A DNA stretch of 63,454 nt, counting the filler, from Squatina squatina (Eukaryota): the NCBI GenBank assembly GCA_031763465.1. It is 3 parts of 3 records of this genome, joined end to end, with 100 filler letters (N's around TTAATTAATTAA, not from the genome) between each part and the next. Parts side by side here need not be neighbours in the genome. Positions count along the whole stretch, not along the records: positions 1 to 17,124 come from JARFOE010000073.1; 2 more parts are not named here. One strand, 5' to 3'. Below, in pieces: positions 1-12,942 of this stretch (positions are counted from its first letter, which is position 1; each line of letters begins with the position of its first letter). Made by a program: the position numbers and the translations under genes. The notes below the pieces were generated by a model that was given only the letters and a program-made list of their open reading frames with translations, did no database searches and was not told the origin of the DNA.

Positions 1-1164
1 CATTATACAAAAGAGATTAAACCTCAAATGTTTAATTAATGAGCTGCTACTTAAACTATCCAATTAGGATGTAGCCAAAAACATCCCAGTTACTGAACGC
101 TGGAGAATTTTAGTCTTTAGTTCATTGTTCTTCTCCAAATCCTCATACACAGCTTCTTCAGCATCCTTTCTACGCTGTGCACAATATTTGTCATCTTCTT
201 TTCATTTTAATACCTTCCTCACCACTTCGGTATTTTCCTCCACATCTTCCTTCCCACATTCACAAATACACTCTGCCATTCTCACATATCTACACTATTT
301 CACTCACCATATTTGGTGAGCTTTTTTGGGGGGGTGGAGGAAAGAAGATAAATGCATCCTTTTCATTGTGACAATATCATGTGCAAGCGATAAGATGATG
401 TGCTTCAATGCATTTTGTAACATTGGGACATGTATTTGCAATCCAAGAAAAAAAAGGTGCTCACACTTTCTTCTGAAGACAGTGACCTTGCATTAGGTTG
501 GTAATGGACTTTGTTGAGGGATGCCAGTGACTGATGGATCAGACTGTTGCTGCCTGATGCCACATGGTAACAAATCTGCACAGATGATTAAAAGTCTTGC
601 TGTCTGTAAAAACAAAATTGAGCACTAGACTGTGTCAGAACAAATAAAACTTACATTTTCAGCCTACATCAAATAGAATATTAATCCTTGATCTACAGGT
701 ATGACCTGATCTTTCCCCAGTCACTTCTGTATTAAGCCCGCTGGCCATAGAGTAGCCCCAGTCAATACTTCTTGATGGCTGTCTCCTACTATAGAAATTA
801 CATAAAAGTATTCCCTGTACAGCACATTAATCATAGTAACATGTATTTATATTCCTCCATCAACCAGTGTTACAGAATGATTTTCTCTGTCTCTCAAAGT
901 CTTGCTCATTTCATTCCATGTTAATTACTTTTCTTTAAAACTATGAAACCTATTTCTCAAATGTTTGGTGCCGTTGCTTACTATATTTGTGTGATTTCAT
1001 TTGTAAATGCAAAATATTTTATTGGCTGAATGTGCTGCCTCTGGAGTAACTTTAGTAGATTGCATAGAGCGTTACAAAGCATTGATTCTACTAACCTTTA
1101 GTAAGAAACACAAACATAATACAATACTTAGCATTTCATTCAGCTTTTGCTTGTATATTTGAAG

Positions 1165-1362
1165 ATTTTAAACAGAACGGTGATGCAGCAAATGCAGCAT
1201 TGGCAAACGAAGATTGTCCTCATATTGACCAGGCACTGACGCCTGAGGATCACCTCCCCTTCACTCGTTCTAACACCAGGGAGAGGAATGCCAGAGATGG
1301 GCCCTGCTTCCTCTTATCAACCGGGGAATTTGCATGTCCACCCGATGGAGGAATAAGAAAGG
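1165..1362 (+). CDS. Putative internal coding exon of an unidentified vertebrate gene
   Basis: AG acceptor at 1163-1164 (alternative CAG at 1173-1175) and donor G|GTACGT at 1363. The 198-nt phase 1-1 frame is stop-free: [68 protein letters not shown]-richer than its flanks. Protein not recognised. Confidence 0.5.
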
Positions 1363-1592
1363 GTACGTAATACACAGGCAAGATAAAGTAACCTTATAGG
1401 TATACATATCAATCTGTTAATCTAGTATTGCTAGGATATGCAGCTGCATTGGAGAAGGTATATCTTGGATTAATAAGCAATGCTTAGCTGTGTAGAGTAA
1501 TTGTCTATGAAATTCCATAGAGATTTTAGAAGACGCTAAGCGCCATGAATTAAAGTGTAGAATTTCATTCAAGTCCTCTCACTGGTGTATTG

Positions 1593-1624
<32 letters not shown>
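1593..1624. repeat. (TA)n microsatellite
   Basis: Directly visible TA run ending at a gap. Confidence 0.95.
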
Positions 1625-3495
1625 GNNNNNNNNNNNNNNNNNNNNNNNNNATACCATTGGTGTGGTATATAGGAGCTTCATGTGCCATTTCTGATGGACA
1701 GTCTTCTATAGAGAATATTTAATATGTAAATATCATTTATAAAGTAAATTAAAAGCCAGATTAAAAATTTGATCACAACACTTTCATAAGAAAGTAGCTA
1801 GAAAACCTCAGCTAAAATTATCTTTGTAGCAAAGTGTTGAATTTGATTCTGTATTGGACAGATTGGCTAAAGAGTAATTCACTAGTGTGTTTCAATGTCA
1901 GCATATTGTTGGCCCGTGGAAGTGTGTTTCTACCAGCATGAACGATGGAAACCTTTCAGCTTAAAACCATCCTGTATGTGTTCCAGTAGATCTGTTCACT
2001 GTTAAGTTTTTTGTGCATGTTTGAAATGGAATTGGTTGCATGTCTAGTCTTTAAACGCTTCAATGGACTTCAGAATAGTATCAAATTGGCATCAAAAAGA
2101 GGCCAATTCCTACTGAGATGAAAGACTAAAGAGTTCCCGAGCATTGCTTCAGGCCATTCCATACATTATATGGAGTGAGATTATCATGAGACTTAACCTC
2201 AGAGCAAACACATATCAATCTGGTTTCCACCATAGAGATGACACTGATGCCCTACGTGAGCTTTCAGTAATTAAATTTGGTAAAGTCAACTGGTTAACCC
2301 GTTTTCCAGTTATTCACTCATAATAAAATAAATAGCCAAATGGAATGACTTTGGCATAGCTTATTTTACCAGTGCAGTCTGAGCATTGCATTTTATGTTC
2401 GGTTAGTTTAATTTTTACATCTTTTCAGTGTTTAAACAATTGGCTTCCATTGTCCAGGTCTTACGAAACTGTATAACTAGAACAGAGCCAACCATTCAAT
2501 ACCTTGCTGACTAGGTCACTACTAATACGAGGCTAATCTGATAAACTCATATTTCTGAGGCATTAATTTTCTGATGCAAGCAAAGGAATTTCAATCACAA
2601 CCCTTTTATGTGTAAAGCNNNNNNNNNNNNNNNNNNNNNNNNNNNNNNNNNNNNNNNNNNNNNNNNNNNNNNNNNNNNNNNNNNNNNNNNNNNNNNNNNN
2701 NNNNNNNNNNNNNNNNNNNNNNNNNNNNNNNNNNNNNNNNNNNNNNNNNNNNNNNNNNNNNNNNNNNNNNNNNNNNNNNNNNNNNNNNNNNNNNNNNNNN
2801 NNNNNNNNNNNNNNNNNNNNNNNNNNNNNNNNNNNNNNNNNNNNNNNNNNNNNNNNNNNNNNNNNNNNNNNNNNNNNNNNNNNNNNNNNNNNNNNNNNNN
2901 NNNNNNNNNNNNNNNNNNNNNNNNNNNNNNNNNNNNNNNNNNNNNNNNNNNNNNNNNNNNNNNNNNNNNNNNNNNNNNNNNNNNNNNNNNNNNNNNNNNN
3001 NNNNNNNNNNNNNNNNNNNNNNNNNNNNNNNNNNNNNNNNNNNNNNNNNNNNNNNNNNNNNNNNNNNNNNNNNNNNNNNNNNNNNNNNNNNNNNNNNNNN
3101 NNNNNNNNNNNNNNNNNNNNNNNNNNNNNNNNNNNNNNNNNNNNNNNNNNNNNNNNNNNNNNNNNNNNNNNNNNNNNNNNNNNNNNNNNNNNNNNNNNNN
3201 NNNNNNNNNNNNNNNNNNNNNNNNNNNNNNNNNNNNNNNNNNNNNNNNNNNNNNNNNNNNNNNNNNNNNNNNNNNNNNNNNNNNNNNNNNNNNNNNNNNN
3301 NNNNNNNNNNNNNNNNNNNNNNNNNNNNNNNNNNNNNNNNNNNNNNNNNNNNNNNNNNNNNNNNNNNNNNNNNNNNNNNNNNNNNNNNNNNNNNNNNNNN
3401 NNNNNNNNNNNNNNNNNNNNNNNNNNNNNNNNNNNNNNNNNNNNNNNNNNNNNNNNNNNNNNNNNNNNNNNNNNNNNNNNNNNNNNNNNNNNNNN

Positions 3496-3745
3496 GGCAG
3501 TGAGCCACCTTCTTGAACTGCTGCAGTCCATGTGGTGAAGGTACTCCCACAGTGAGGTTTGGAGTTATACTTTGTCGTAGTGGTTTGATAGAACTGAGTG
3601 GTTTGCTAAGCCATTTCTGAGGGCAGTTAAGAGTAAACCACATTGCTGTGCATCTGGAGACACAGAGGCCAGACCGGGTAAGGACGGCAGACTTCTTTCC
3701 CTAAAGGACATTAGTGAACCAGATAGTTTTTTACGATAATCCGGC
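3496..3745 (-). mobile_element. Non-LTR retrotransposon (LINE) 3' region, elasmobranch family
   Basis: Minus strand reads VGVPSPHGLQQFKKVAH, like the ORF2 C-terminus of a common shark LINE. Related pieces lie at about 10350-10430 (3' tail) and 37470-37620. Clade uncertain. Confidence 0.65.
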
Positions 3746-5503
3746 AGTATAATTTACTCTAAAACTGATAGTCCTGGTCTCCTAAAATGGTAAATTGAAC
3801 CATATTAAGACTAAACAGAGATTAATAGCTCCCTGAAACTGAACTACAGTCTGATTATCAAAGGGCCGGCACTTTGGACACTATGTCCAACATAATATTC
3901 ATAGATATCACATCACCTAAGTGCTTTCTTAGGATCTATTGTCTGGTGAAGTAAGGTTTGTTAACTTAGGGAGGTAGAAGCAAGCCCTAGTAACTACTTC
4001 TCTTTGTCTTTCATTGACAGTGATACTACTCTGAGCATGCAAGTGCATGGAGATGCTTTATCAGACTGGCAATGATGTAGATTCATCATTATCCATTCTA
4101 TTGTTGATCCAATGCTGTACTTTGCATTTTTCCTTACATAAAGGTTTTGAAAACTCAAGGAGCCTAAACAACAGAGCTGGCATGAGCAGAAATATACTAA
4201 AATTGCCTTCAGTGTCTTCTTCGCTCTACAGCTCTCCTTGTCCATTGAGGCATTCTCCGTCTCCCATACCATCCATTTTATAGCATGGATTAGTAGCTGA
4301 GAATGGTCCAAAGCTTTAGTCCTACAGCCTATACTGTCTTGCATAAAACCAGGTAATAAGTCCGAAGATCGCATGTCTCTGGGTAGCACCTTGCTGCTGG
4401 TGGTTCTACTGTTGACGTTAGGTGGAACGAGCCTCAGTAGTTTCTAGATAACATTACGCAGGCACATGGTGGCACCGGTGGTCTGTATGCTGCATGCGTT
4501 TGGTGCATAGATGGAGGTTGTGCAGTTACATGCAGTTCCCAATAATTGATGGTACAGCCCATTGCTATGGGTGCTTAGTTGTCCAATTATGAATACACTG
4601 GCTCTTTGGGAATGGGTAATCTTTATGTCTGTCGCTGCACCTGGTCAACGTTTGAAGATTTCTTTCTCAGGATCTTTTGAGCCATAGGACCCTGAAGGAG
4701 TTCAGGCAAACATGCACAGTTTGAGATGCCATTGCATGGAAGCCAAACCGGTTGTGAGCAATACCCTGTTAGTCTGGATGCATGTGAAGGTCTTTAGAAG
4801 AAGGACGCTGCCGCCTCTGCATGTAGCTATAAATTTTATTTAACAGAAACAAAATGCCACATTTATGTTGAAGGACAGGGGAAGGAAGCTCAAGTATTCA
4901 CTGTATTCTTTGCATGCAGATTTCTGCAAAGGCAGCCCTGTCATTGCTAAATATATGCAAGCAGGGTCAGTCAGAGTAACTTAATGAGCTGGGACAGAAT
5001 TGGACGCTCTGTGGGCAATTATCTGCCCACTGGGAACATTTCAAGAGAAGAAGATCCACCTCTTTAGGACAAGCAAAGCTACTCCAAGCCAAACAGGTTT
5101 CTAAGGAACATTGTGTGTTACAGGATTGACCCAGAGTTGTTGGCTGTTTCTAAGCCTACTGTTTCTGAAAAAAAACTTGCAGAACTTTCCTACTCTGGTT
5201 GCATTCTTTTTGTCAAATTCTGTTTAAATTTAACAGTTATGTTTCAAAGCAGTTCTATATCTAACTGCTAAACATTCTTGCTGAATTTCATCACCTTTAA
5301 ATAATTCACACCAAAGTACAAGTTAATGCTGAACAGAAATCAAGCAATGCAACCTGACAGGCATTTTATAAAGTGAAATAGTGCAGGAAATAGCCTGGTT
5401 CAAACTTTTTGTTTCAATAATATAAGTTCTGTATATTAATTAATGTAAAAGACAAAGTTATATATGTATGTACTATTAAGGACAATTTTTTTTCCCCTTT
5501 CAG

Positions 5504-5619
5504 TTGACTGGATTATTGCTGACATGTTAGCGATCCGACAAAATGCACTTGGCCATGTGCGTTATGTCCTAAAGGATGGGCTGAAGTGGCTTCCCTTGTA
5601 CGGATGGTATTTCTCTCAG
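5504..5619 (+). CDS. AGPAT5: 1-acylglycerol-3-phosphate O-acyltransferase 5, single internal exon
   Basis: Polypyrimidine-CAG acceptor and CAG|GTATGG donor. The 116 nt encode VDWIIADMLAIRQNALGHVRYVLKDGLKWLPLYGWYFSQ, matching recalled human AGPAT5 immediately after the NHQST(V)D acyltransferase motif. Confidence 0.95.
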
Positions 5620-6059
5620 GTATGGTATCTCGTTTAAAATTTGCGAGGAAGGGAAACNNNNNNNNNNNNNNNNNNNNNNNNNNNNNNNNNNNNNNNNNNN
5701 NNNNNNNNNNNNNNNNNNNNNNNNNNNNNNNNNNNNNNNNNNNNNNNNNNNNNNNNNCAGTCAATTTTCCATTAAAGTTTGGATTATGCTTTAATTGGCA
5801 GTACTGAAAATTATTACCTTCGCCAAATTATTTTGGTTGGCAAAGCACAGCAACCTTATAGTAGAGAACTTAGCTGCTTAAAAGTTAACAGAACTATAAA
5901 GATTTTAACAACCAGAGGTGAAACTTAACTTGACTTCCATTGAAGCATGACCCAATAACATGTCATTCAAGAGCTGTGATAACGCCTTGTCATGAGAATG
6001 CTACAGGCTGTTTCACCTTGCACCACATGATTCCATTTCTCACTGCTGCTTTTATCCTC

Positions 6060-6240
6060 TAGGACCTCGGAAAAGGTGTAGGCCATTCAGCACCTCTAGT
6101 CTGTTCAAATAGATCATAGCTGATCTCTACCTCAACTCCATTTACCTGCCTTTTTTCCATTTCCCTTGATAAGCTTACCAAACAAAAAACTACTGCCCTC
6201 AGTCTTGAAAATTTCAACTGGGCCAACCTCCATTGTGCCC
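6060..6240 (-). mobile_element. Degenerate CR1 LINE 3' tail
   Basis: gtaggccattcagc...agatcatagctgatct is similar to the CR1 tails at 18469, 28167 and 31626. Confidence 0.6.
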
Positions 6241-6707
6241 TCACACAAAATTAAGATAATCTTAAATGTTACCAAGGGGGATAAAAGTAAAGCAGATAAC
6301 AACGCAGTGCTTTGATGAAAATTGAAACTCCTCATAATGCACAACATGTAGGCTAGCATCAGAATGATTAGTATTTTAGGTGTGCTCCTTCATTAGAACT
6401 TTTCTCAGTAAAATTTATTAATAAGATTCTTTGACCATTAAAATACATTTTCTTTAATATGGGAAATAGAAACTCTGCCAGGGAACTGAATTGGTCACAG
6501 TAATGTTACACTTGCACAGCGTGTAACAGTACATCAACGTGTTCTGTTTAAATGACCAGGAATTAAATGGGAGATTGTTTACAATTTTTTTAAACAATGG
6601 AATTCAGTGAGAGCATGTACTTTATGTATGTAGGATATTCAAGTCAGATCTGTTGCATGTAAACTATTTGTTTTGATTTTCTATCCATGATTTTCTGCTT
6701 GCGATAG

Positions 6708-6822
6708 TTCATTGGGAAAGCTTTATTCCCACCATGACCAAAGGATGCTCAGAGTTGCACTAATTGTGACAACGCTACTGGTGTTAGTTACATTTCTTGA
6801 GAAACAAACTTTCACCTTGGCA
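6708..6822 (+). CDS. Candidate exon with a signal-peptide-like start (MLRVALIVTTLLVLVTFLEKQTFTLA)
   Basis: TAG acceptor at 6705-6707, strong GTAAGT donor at 6823 and ATG at 6745 followed by a hydrophobic stretch. No homologue recognised. Confidence 0.3.
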
Positions 6823-7384
6823 GTAAGTATGGATCACCTTCCTCCTTGGATGAAATATCAGATGTTGACACATGTATTCGCCTATTTGATTCTCTTGTGT
6901 TGGTAAGTTGTTGAAATATTGTTTAAATGTTCAGACCCTTGCAGTGCAATGCTCAACAGGGAATTAGAGGTTTCACAGGCACAAATCCATCAACTCTTTG
7001 TTATGCTACTCAAGTTTTGAAATGCATTGTGGATCAACAGAAAGAGTACTTCATGTACTCCTAAAATATGTGGCAAATGTTAACAAACCACTCAAGTTAT
7101 ATTTATATCAGAGAACTGCTTAAAAGGCTGAAGTTGAGAAATGTTTGAACCAAATATATTCCATCTTCTATTTTAAGGAAGGAAATACATTTGTAATTTT
7201 CTATCAAGTTTGATCAGTGACATTAAAGATATAGTTAGTCATCATTATATTTAGTCATCCTGCATTGCTGAACATTGGCTTCAAATGGTTAATGAGGTTC
7301 CACTCGTCTGGGTTAGCATGATGTTGTCCAATCTACTTTAGTGCGTTTGCATTCAGATACTAGGTAGCTGGTGAGGAAAAATAA

Positions 7385-7560
7385 ATACATTTATACAATG
7401 CCTTATCACATTCTCAAGATGTACCAAAATGCTTCGCATCCAATAGATATCACTTTGAAGTGTTATTGTGCAGGCAGACCAGTGAGATGAATGACCTGTT
7501 AATCTGATTCTAGTGGTTTTGGTTGAGAGAGGAATGCTGGCCAGCAGACTGGGAGAACTC
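7385..7560 (-). mobile_element. DeuSINE (SacSINE1-like) fragment
   Basis: The reverse complement contains the Deu-domain-like gagttctcc...ggccagcatt...ctcaaccaa...cagattaacaggtcatt plus an L2-type tail. Same family at 38401 and 47480. Confidence 0.65.
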
Positions 7561-8365
7561 AAATTTGAGTCATACCATAAGATCTGACACTGACTGACTT
7601 GACATGCATTTCTGACATTTTCTGTCCTTATTTCTGTACAATATTCACTGCCTGATGAGCAGAAAGTGAAGAGCTTTAATTCTCGGAATGTGCTCCGAAA
7701 CCTTAGTGAGCCATAGATTTTTTTTCAGGAGCTGCAACACGGATATTATATGAAATCTGTTCATATGATATGCAAAAAAAAATCTAGCATGAAATAAATT
7801 TTGTATTAAATCATTCTCTGCTTGCACTGTTTGGTTTATTTTGTTGTCTTTAATGTGAGTCCTGCACTGATGCATTCACTGTGGTGTCTGAATACAAATA
7901 AAGAAGGGTCTGACTGGTGGCATGAGGTGCTTGGCTCATCTCCAAACAATGGATGAATGATCCATGGCTGGTAGCGCTCCATGACGGGCTGGGAAAGCTG
8001 TTACTTATCACCAAAGGTTCATATGCAGTGTTAAAATCTATCTATAATTTAAAATCTGTTTAATTATGGATTTTATTATTCAAAAGGTAATGTAGCTTTC
8101 AAAAGGTGCAGAATCCTTTTAGGAGGAATGAATACTGCTGACATTTTCTGCTAATGATGACCAACCTCACTTCAAACTTTTTCTGGCAATGAGATTTGAT
8201 GGTGCCATGAGTTAATTTAATTGTCTTCTTGAATCTAGCATCTGGGTTCAAATCTATCCTTGACAGAGGAGATTGAGGCATTCAGTATCTAACGGGAAAC
8301 AGGGTAATGTTGAAGGTTTTTTCTTATTATTAAAAATAATCTGGGAGATAAACCAAACCTATAGA

Positions 8366-8933
8366 GGGTAATTTTAGCCTAACCCATCCAGCGGGAATGG
8401 GCCGGGTTCAGGTCTGACGCCAATTTTACAGTCCACTTGATTTTATGCTCATTGGCTTTAATGGAGCACAACATTTCTGCCTCATTTGCCTGCAGGTACA
8501 CCAAGTGGGCACCCAAACGCAGGGGTATCAGAAGAAGTTAGCAGTATGCCTTACACATTGCCCCCTCTTAGATCGGAGGATCTGAGGGCAGCTGGCAGCA
8601 AAGCTCCTAAATCTCCATGTAGGCCGAAAAAGGAAAGTGACCTTATTTCCTCCAAATACTGCAGTGGGTCTCAGGAATGGAGGCCTTCTAGCTGTTGGTT
8701 TCTGGACAGCAGCCAGAAGGCCAAAACGTTGGTGGCCATTCTTGCTGTCTCAGGCCTCTCAGGTCTGAAGCAATGGTTGGATTTTTGCCCCTAATTCTGG
8801 GTGCAGACTCTTGCCAAGGGGTAGGTCTGTGCCTGAGGAATATCAGGACTCCACCGTAACCCAAGCCCATAAATTCAGGTGGGGGGAGAGGCAAAAAATT
8901 AGCAATAAAGTGATCTGACCACATGATACACGT
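8366..8933. mobile_element. Non-autonomous DNA transposon (MITE-like) remnant
   Basis: Starts gggtaattttagcc, similar to the termini of the MITEs at 43946 and 48434. Interior is GC-richer. Confidence 0.4.
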
Positions 8934-9033
8934 NNNNNNNNNNNNNNNNNNNNNNNNNNNNNNNNNNNNNNNNNNNNNNNNNNNNNNNNNNNNNNNNNNN
9001 NNNNNNNNNNNNNNNNNNNNNNNNNNNNNNNNN

Positions 9034-9255
9034 AGCCAAGCCTGATTCTGACCTCATCTGTCATGCACACATGCTTGCTTCCAGGAGGGTCAATAGGTAG
9101 CAATTAAAAGCAAGAACGTTGGCCAAACTTTATCTCCCTAAATTATCGGGATTGAGGCTAATTATAGCATCCCTACCATGTCCCTGGCTGAGATCAGCTC
9201 ATTCAGCACAAACCAGGGATTGAACCTTCAACCTTCCTAGCCTGTATCACTCATC
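9034..9255 (-). mobile_element. tRNA-derived SINE
   Basis: Minus strand has a B-box-like ggttcaatccctgg followed by ctgatctcagcc. Related pieces at about 33150-33205 and 39870-39960. Confidence 0.55.
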
Positions 9256-10429
9256 TACACCCTGGATAAACTTTGGGAGCAGTCAAAAATTTCCAAAGCA
9301 AACAATCTCATATTACCAGGTGTGTAAGGTATATTCTCCCAGAAAGCAATGCACAATAGCATACTACCACTAGAAGTGAGAGGATCTTGTCTATTATCAC
9401 CACTGCAGCCTGCAAGTATAAATGGTAACTTTCTCAAGGGAGAAGTTGCTGATTATATCAGTTTTGAAAATCTTCTCATGAATAGAATGGTATATTATTT
9501 CAAAGGAACAATGAGATCAGGAGTTTCCTAATTAAGTAACATTCAGGCATTGTGAAATGATGTCACTGCGTCATCAGTGTTTACATTATTGGAAAACAGC
9601 CAGTGTTATGAAATTACAATGGAATTTCTAGGTCCATTATGACTTTTACAAAAAGCAATTATGATGTTTTCAGTGTGAAACCCTTTATCAGAACCAAAAC
9701 ATGGACAAGTATTTAAATAGCAGCTCCCACCCCTGCTGCCACCTTATCAGAGCACAGGCTTACGCTAGTTCCAATATTATGGCATTGGATGCTTTTGTAC
9801 CATTTTCTCATTCATCGGCCTGGCAGCAGTTTCCATAAGCAGATTGCATTGTTTGAGATCTGAAATCTGTGCCTTTTAATTTTCTGTCCCTGTAGAGAGC
9901 ATGGTCCCAGTGATTAACATTTATTCCAGTTGCAGTACTGTTAATTGGATTAAGCTATGCTTCCACGCTTACTTTGGATAGATGGAAAATATCACAGACA
10001 GACCAGAGATTCAACAATTCATCACATTTATTTACAAAATCAGGCAGTTATAAAATACAGCAAATTAAATTAATACCCAAGTACAAGGCAACTGGAATTA
10101 ATAACATACAGATTATCAAAGCTCTCAGAAGCCCTTCTCCAAGAGTTATAGTCTCCTGAATTAAAATGGACAATCACTGTAGTATTGATATAGTGAATGG
10201 TAGCAGTTCACTTCTCTTGTTGTCCTTGGTAACAGAAAGCTGTCTTGAGCCATATTCCTCAGATTAAGAGTTTTGGAATACAGGAATCAAATACTCATAG
10301 AGCTCTTTACTCTGAACATCTATTAGAATACAGTAAACCACTCAGGTGTATCACACCAGGGTGGCTAAGGATGAACAATAAATGCAGGACTTGCCAGTGG
10401 TGCCCACATCTCGAGAATGATTAAACAAA

Positions 10430-10748
10430 ATGCCAGTGATGGAGTTAATGGGAAAGTCACTGAGTCAATGGGTAGCTGTTGGGGTCAATGGGCAGGTGTC
10501 AGAATGCATGAAAAATGACAGTGGATATACACAATAAACCAGTGTTAGAGTAAATAAGCAAGTGCTAAGAGTCAACGGGCAGGGTTGAAGTCAGTGGGCA
10601 GTGACAAAGTCATTGAGCAGGTGACAGAATTAACAGATAATGGATAGAGTCAATAAGAATATGACAAAGCCAATGAACAATAATGGAGTCAGTAGGCGGG
10701 TGACAGAATTAGCAGTTAGGTGATAAAGTTGAATAGCCAGGTAACAGT
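10430..10748. repeat. Degenerate ~20-bp tandem repeat (gtgacagagtcaatgggcag-like)
   Basis: Recurrent gagtcaatgggcag and gtgacaga variants at roughly 20-nt spacing. Confidence 0.7.
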
Positions 10749-10848
10749 NNNNNNNNNNNNNNNNNNNNNNNNNNNNNNNNNNNNNNNNNNNNNNNNNNNN
10801 NNNNNNNNNNNNNNNNNNNNNNNNNNNNNNNNNNNNNNNNNNNNNNNN

Positions 10849-11101
10849 TGCACTTGAATTGGGTCTGTGGTTGAGCTGTTGGTGAAAATCACTGCTTGCA
10901 TATTGCCGTGAAGCAGGCGGAGGATGGTGGCAAATTTCTGCGGGCAGCCAAACCTGAGGAGAACACTCCACAATCCTTCCCGGTTGACAGAGTCGAAGGC
11001 TTTCATAAGGTCAAAGAAGGCCATGTACAGAGGTTGATGCTGCTCTCTGCACTTTTCTTGGATTTGGCGTGCGCTGAAAATCATGTCCGTTGTACCCCTA
11101 G
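10849..11101 (-). mobile_element. RTE-clade LINE reverse transcriptase fragment
   Basis: RGTTDMIFSARQIQEKCREQHQPLYMAFFDLMKAFDSVNREGLWSVLLRFGCPQKF is a typical RTE RT segment around the D-L-x-K-A-F-D motif. Confidence 0.9.
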
Positions 11102-12594
11102 ATGTGGGGATGTAGGGGAGTGTGAAAGGGAAACTAGACTAAGTTTCACAGTGAACCGAGAGAGAAGTAAAGCCAGGGTCACAATAGGAGCTGGGGGAAG
11201 GGGAGGCTGAGCAAGTTCTTGGGGAGTGGTCAAAACAGACCATTTTTATATATCTTTTGATTTTCTTCTGTTTAAAAAAAAAAGTAGAAATGGTCTTAAT
11301 CCAGGCCATATACAAAGACTTGGACTGCACTAGATTGGCCCAGTAGTGTAGATATGACCTGTAAGGACATTAGACCTAATCTCTTGGAGTAAACCTAATT
11401 CAAATACATGTTTTGTCTCCATATAAGTGTCATTTTGATGACAAGAGAAATATTGGCAAAGTGTTTCCTGTTGTTCTTTAAATTCTACCTGATGAATTGA
11501 GTTCCAGCTTATTCCTGTCTGTTGTGTGAAAATTCTAAAGAATCTGTCAACTTACTTATCTGCCTGGATTCAGTTCAATCGGATCAGATCACCATTTAAA
11601 AATTGCTCATGAACCACCAAGTTCCAGAGTGATGAGGTGTTCATTTCTGATGCACACTTTCTGGTATTTGGTTTCATTACGTATGTGCCCTGGTTTATTG
11701 TTCCTGGATTAGATAATAATGGCGCTGTTGGATAGGGTGCCTTAATTCTTTATTTCTGAATAGGTACTGATTATCTTTGATTATTTTTGTATAGGGCCGC
11801 TGTACAAAATCTGTATGGCATTCAGGCCTCAATTAAGAACCCGACTGTTCCAGAAATTGGATTTACCTGAAATCAACGTGCAAGAAACAAATCATCACTT
11901 AGCTTAACATGCACCCAGGAGGATTTTAACTGCTTTCTATTAGACCCAAATCATGCGCCCTGAAAAGTAAATAAGGTGCACCTATTTATATGTGGTTAGC
12001 AGCAGGTGGAGGTGGATGAGGATGAGTCATGCGGCAGTTACTTTGGCAAAGAACAAAACACTCACAGTTGGTATGTTTTCTCACATCTAATAGTGGGAGG
12101 CCATTAGGCATCAAACTGGGTAACTGCAAAGAGGGTTGATGATAAGCTTGTTCCATCTATTGCTATTCTATACTGTGACATAGTGCCTTACGCTCAAATA
12201 AGCCTGTCCAGCACAAGATACTTGAGCTTTCATCACTACTGCAGTTTAACTTGAAGATGAATTCTATTAAATATTAGCTGTGCTCTGACCTAGTTTCAAG
12301 CACAAACAGAAAATGAACATAGCATGAGAGCAGGCTGTCTCCAGAGATGGAAAGTGCAGTGTTGCCATGGTGAGCTTGCTTTCAGCCATTTCTAGTTCAC
12401 TAATCCCCATTGAGCCATTCTGCCATCATTATTTCTGCTGCTTAATGAAACTTAAACAGCACAAAAACAAAAATGATCCTGCACCAGAGCTGATAATGCA
12501 GGACTGTTACTGGGTCTTTCAGTATGGGGCATAGCATGGAGTTAGAAGTGTACGGCAGAGGGTGGAACTGATGATGTGGAGCTATTACTGAATG

Positions 12595-12842
12595 TATCAG
12601 TGTAGGCACAGTTTGGAGATAACAGTGTGGGGCACAGGGTGGAGCTGATAATGTGGGGCACAGGGTGGAGCTGACAGTATAGGGCACAGGGTGGAGCTGA
12701 CAGTGTGATGAAAGTGTGGGGCACAGAGTGGAGCTGACAGCATGATGACAATGTGGGACACAGAGTGGAGCTAACAGTGTTGGGCACAGAGTCGAGCTCA
12801 CAGTGTGATGACAGTGTGGGGCACAGAGTGGAGCTGACAGCA
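12595..12842. repeat. Minisatellite, ~25-35-bp unit (tgtggggcacagagtggagctgacag)
   Basis: About 8 directly visible copies running into a gap. Confidence 0.9.
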
Positions 12843-12942
12843 NNNNNNNNNNNNNNNNNNNNNNNNNNNNNNNNNNNNNNNNNNNNNNNNNNNNNNNNNN
12901 NNNNNNNNNNNNNNNNNNNNNNNNNNNNNNNNNNNNNNNNNN

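Noticed and set aside
60-371. Short ORFs at the window start, including a Glu/Lys-rich minus-strand frame
   Set aside because: The minus frame is interrupted by a stop, the plus ORFs are low-complexity and no family is recognisable.
2563-3643. Long ORFs of 300+ aa in the ORF track, and all other X-filled ORFs
   Set aside because: They are read through N gaps and contain no real sequence.
11794-11870. AAVQNLYG after an AG acceptor, reminiscent of the end of a matrix metalloproteinase catalytic domain
   Set aside because: The match is too short, there is no HExxH exon nearby and the frame stops soon after.
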